Position numbers and translations under genes: made by a program. Positions 59,739 through 64,000 of a DNA stretch of 64,000 nucleotides are shown here, piece after piece (positions within the stretch are counted from its first letter, which is position 1; every line of letters begins with the position of its first letter). Location: assembly GCF_009914755.1 (NCBI RefSeq), contig NC_060929.1. One strand, given 5' to 3'. Source of the DNA: the human T2T-CHM13v2.0 reference genome, Homo sapiens. Under the pieces are notes generated by a model. It worked only from the letters and a program-made list of their open reading frames with translations. It did not search any database and had not been told where the DNA came from.

Positions 59739-62174
59739 TAGAAACCATGATCTCTATGATCATTTAGCAATTAAGCTGGAAGTTAATGACACAAAGGTGA
59801 ATTGGCAGTGCCTCCACAAATGCAAACTTAGTACTGTGCCACTAAATAAAGTACAGATTAAGGAAAATTTTAAAAATGGAAATTCATAATGACATAGACC
59901 TGAAGTATAATGAAAACTATGTAAATTAAAATTTGGGGTAGCAAAAGCTGTTCTTTGCTATATTTATAGCTCTTATTATGTTATAAAAGAAGAATGCCTG
60001 AAAAGGAAACTACTGGAAATAGGCCTATTATGAAGGCCTGTTTCACTCAAGAATAAAAGTATAATATTATTCTTGAATCTAATTCAGAAATGTATAAAAT
60101 AGATAATATACCATGATCAATATGGGTTGATTTCATATATGTGGGACAAGTTTAATATTAGAAAATCCATAAATGTTATTTATCACATTAAAAGTTTAAA
60201 GTAGAAATCTCAAAAGTTCATTTCAATAGATGAAGAAAAAGTCTGTTACAATACATTCAAAACCAAATCATGATGAAATTCCTATTATGAAGAGAAGAAA
60301 AAGTTCTAAATGTAATAAAAATGTTAAAAATTTTAGAGCAGACTAGAAGCATTCCCTTTAAAATTAGTAATGAGATAAGCATGTCCACTTTACCACTTTT
60401 ATTGAACATTGCCTTGGAGTTCCTAGACAGCATCAGAAGAAAATAAAAATAGATTAGATAAATAAGGATAGAAAAGAAGGAACAAAACTCATAATTCAGA
60501 TTTTTTAAACAAAGAAAACCCAAAAGCTTCTAAAATAATTAGAAAAAAGAGTTCAGCAAAATCTGGAGATCGATGTATCCAAAAGTCAGTTGCATTTCTA
60601 TCTAGCCAATAATTAGAAAACAAAATTTAAAAAGAAAGAAAAAGTTTAGCACTGATAATTGAAGAGAAATTATAATTTACAATATTGTAGAGTAGTATCA
60701 AGTACCTAGGAATAAAATAAACAAAAGATGTGTAAGATCTCCACAGGGAAAAATTTTAAATGTTATTAAGAGATTTAATAGAGGACATAAATAACTGAAG
60801 AAATATTTCACACCAATCAATGGATTGGAGAACTTAATATTGGCAAGATGTCGAGTCTTCCAAATTAAGAAATAGATTTATTTTAATTTTAATCCAAATT
60901 CAAATAGAGTTGGTAAAATAATTCTAAAATACATATGAAAGTGAAATTAGCCAAGAGTATACAGAGCACTTCTAAAAAGGAATAAGAAGCGGAGATTTGC
61001 CTGCAAAGCTTAGTATGCAGCTATAGTAATTAGGGCAGTGTGGCTTTAATACAACCAAGAATGAATTGACAAGCAGAATAGAATATAGAGCTCAGAAAAA
61101 GATCCACATATGACACAAGTGATATATGATAGGGGTGGCATGTCATATCATGGAGCTGGAAAAATGGTTATCCATATAGTAAAAGATAAAACTGGATCCC
61201 TAAATTAACTTATAAGTCAAGACAAAATTGAACTATTACTAGAAAATAAATGACTCAGATTTCAAAAACAAAATTTGAAAACTCTATAGAAAATAAAGTA
61301 ACTATTTTTTAGATATTTAAGTAGGGAAAGATTTCTTAGGAAAAAATTATTGAGTATAGAAAAAAATTTTAAATGCCTGTATTAAAATTATTAATAATTA
61401 ATCAAAAGTAACCTTAGAAACAATTTACAAAATGGGAGGAGATATTTACAATTCACACAATAAGTGATTTGTATCAATAATATATACTGAACTTTTAGAA
61501 ATCAGTAAGCAAAACATAAACTGAAAAATGAGCCAGTGTCATAAACTGTCATCTCACAGAAAATGAAACTTGTATGTCCCATACATATAGGAAGAGATTT
61601 TCAATACCAATAGTGATAAAGACAGTTCAATTTTAAACCACATAGATATCACTTGTTTGCCAAAAATTGACAAGTCTGACAATTTCAACTGTTGAAGACA
61701 TGTAGATCCAAAGAATCTCTTTCATATTGCTAGTGGGAGTGTAAATGGGATACCACTTTGGAAAAATAGTCTAGTGTTATCTCCTAAAGGAAAAATTTAT
61801 ATAATCTATGGACCTGGGTACAATTCCATTCTTAAGTATATGACTAAGATTAAATTTCTCACTGGATAAAACATGCGTAGGAATGTTGTGAGCAATCTCT
61901 CAACAATTGCAAAATCTGGAAAAATGCCCATCAATGGGAGAGTAGATAAATAGTGGCATATTTACACCATAGAATGATGATACAGTGGCTTAAAAAATAA
62001 ACTTCATCAACACACAACAATCTGGATAAGTGTTAGCAATATAATATTAAGTGAAAGAAGTTCCAGAAGATTACATAAAGCACAGTATCCTCTAAGTACA
62101 TAAAAATAAAGTTTATAAGGAAAAAGATACAGAAACAACAAAAAATGTATAATACAAAAAAGGAATGATGGAAT

Positions 62175-62325
62175 GATATCTTGTGGGCCATATATAGTCT
62201 CTGTCATATATATATATTTTTTAATAATCCTTTGAAAATCTAAAAAATATTCTTAGCTTCTAGGCCATGCAAATTTACCCCACAGGCTAGAGTTTGCCTG
62301 CTTGTGTTCTATAGCCTAGTTGCAA
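62175..62325. mobile_element. MER58-like DNA transposon remnant
   Basis: ttgtgggccatata.agtctctgtc...attcttagct...tagagtttgcc. Confidence 0.55.
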
Positions 62326-64000
62326 TTATAATTCGTATTTTACTAATAGTTAGATAAAATGATCTAAATTTCAAAATTTTTAGTTTCCTTTTTCAAGATA
62401 AAATCTTAACCACACTTTCCCTCATTATTTTCTATGCACATTTGGTTTATTTTTAACTGGATTCGTTTTTGGTAGACTTTTAAGTACCATGTATTGAATA
62501 ATTAAAAATTACAATGTGTACTTTTTTTTGTTTTCATAGGATCACACACACACATCTTACAGTAAATAGTTCTTTGGGCAATTATCCAAATAATTGGGCT
62601 TAAAACATTACTTTTACTTGAAATACCAAACAATAGAAGCAGATATAGTTTTATTTTTAAAATAACTGTCTCACTTTCTGCAGAAAGATACCTTGTTTTT
62701 GTGTCTTATGAAATAAGCAGATATACCCTGAGCTTAGGAAGAACACCTCAAATTTTAATAAAACCAGCACTGCTTTTTCCTTAAGGTAGGTATCAATCTA
62801 CTGGAAGAATGTAAGGATATGTCACAATTCTCATATTATTAGTACTAATTGCCAGCTACCTAACCAGAAAAAAATGTAGCCCTTAGTGTTAGCACAATTG
62901 AAATTCTGATCCAGGACTAGTAAGCTCGTTGAGAGACTGAGAAGCAGTAAATTCTGCAATAAAGGACTTTGTCTGCATATAAAATGACTCTCAGCGTTGA
63001 CCCTGAAATGAAATCAAGTTGAAAATTGATTGGGGGAAAAATCAGTTGGGATAGTTATAGCATATTTATTTATGATTTTATAGTTACTAAGAGATTAAAG
63101 GCTGTTTCCCTCATCACTGTATCTTTACAATGACAAATCCCCATAAATATTCTAGAACAAAGTTGAAAAGCACCAAAGTAGGGATCAGATGGTTTAAGGT
63201 TCTTCCTGGGTCAGTGCTGGCTTTCTGTGCCTTGCATCTAATCCCCGGTCCTCATCTGTGAAATACAGTCATCAGAAAATCTCAGCACAAAAATTGCTCT
63301 GGGGATTCTGGGAAGATGCATGGCTATTTCTAGTCATTTGGGATTCCTAGTAAAATCACCTTACCAACTTGGCCATGAAAGTCAGTGGGTGGAGTGAATG
63401 AGAAGGGGGTGGTCAAGGAGGTGTTGGGAGTACTAAAGAACATAGTGGAGGAATCCTTGCCCTTTGTTTCAGCTGTAGTCTGTAATAGGCAAAGGTCTGT
63501 AGCAAAGCTGGGTTTTTAAAGAAGTGCAGGTTATTCATCAGAAACTAACTCAGAGTCAGATTCCAAGATGCTAAGGAAACTCAAGTTGTCTAAAATTGGT
63601 AGCTTGGTAGGAATTTTATAGTAGTGTAGGTCAGTGTCTTACTTGTCTTTGTATTACCTATGTCTGAAATATAGGAAGTACTCAATAAATGTTTGGGGAA
63701 AGAAGAGAAGGAAAAGAAGAAAGAAAAGGAAGTGTGCTCTTTGTTAGTTTTCCTAAAAATGCCTCAAGCTAATTAATGCAAGGGAATTCAAAATAAAGGT
63801 CAGACTGGAGGTGAAGCAAAATCTGTATGTGTCATCTGTGGGAATCAAGTCTGGAAATGTATTTCCTCTGGGCAGAGGGCAGCGGTGTATCCAATGTGTA
63901 TGTAACTGGAGATGTCAAAGCCTCTTTGAAAACAAATGTAGACAATCTTTAGCCTTACGGGTCTGGTTACATTTTTGTGCTAATGCTCTTTATAATATAA

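Larger units (their letters stand above)
58780..62165 (+). mobile_element. Ancient L1M(E)-like ORF2 through 3'UTR
   Basis: Degenerate motifs atttcaatagatgaagaaaaa, tagaagcattcccttta, tacctaggaataaa, ttgctagtgggagtgtaaatgg. Confidence 0.7.

Overview
Primate (almost certainly human) genomic DNA that is AT-rich and dominated by repeats, with no recognisable host protein-coding exon. The main feature is a full-length, apparently intact L1HS Ta-1d LINE-1 on the minus strand (40982-47048). It has an open ORF1 (338 aa), ORF2 (1275 aa) and antisense ORF0 (71 aa), an intact YY1 site, a patterned A/(TAA)n tail and a 15-bp target-site duplication (TSD) with one mismatch. Around it are layered fossils: a ~16-kb nest of L1PA7/L1PA10-like elements (20.3-36.1 kb) containing a twin-primed inversion and a probable local duplication, L1MA-, L1PB- and L1ME-like fragments, three Alus, solo LTRs (MER48-, MER41A-, THE1D-, MLT1-, MLT2A-, LTR33-like), an ERVL integrase/dUTPase relic, and DNA-transposon remnants. 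I found no evidence for a new biological system. The most notable structures are a candidate active source L1 with a same-orientation L1PA4 3' end just downstream, a tailless TSD-less L1PA2-like patch, and an old 3' transduction. Subfamily names and consensus comparisons are from memory, and boundaries of old repeats are approximate.
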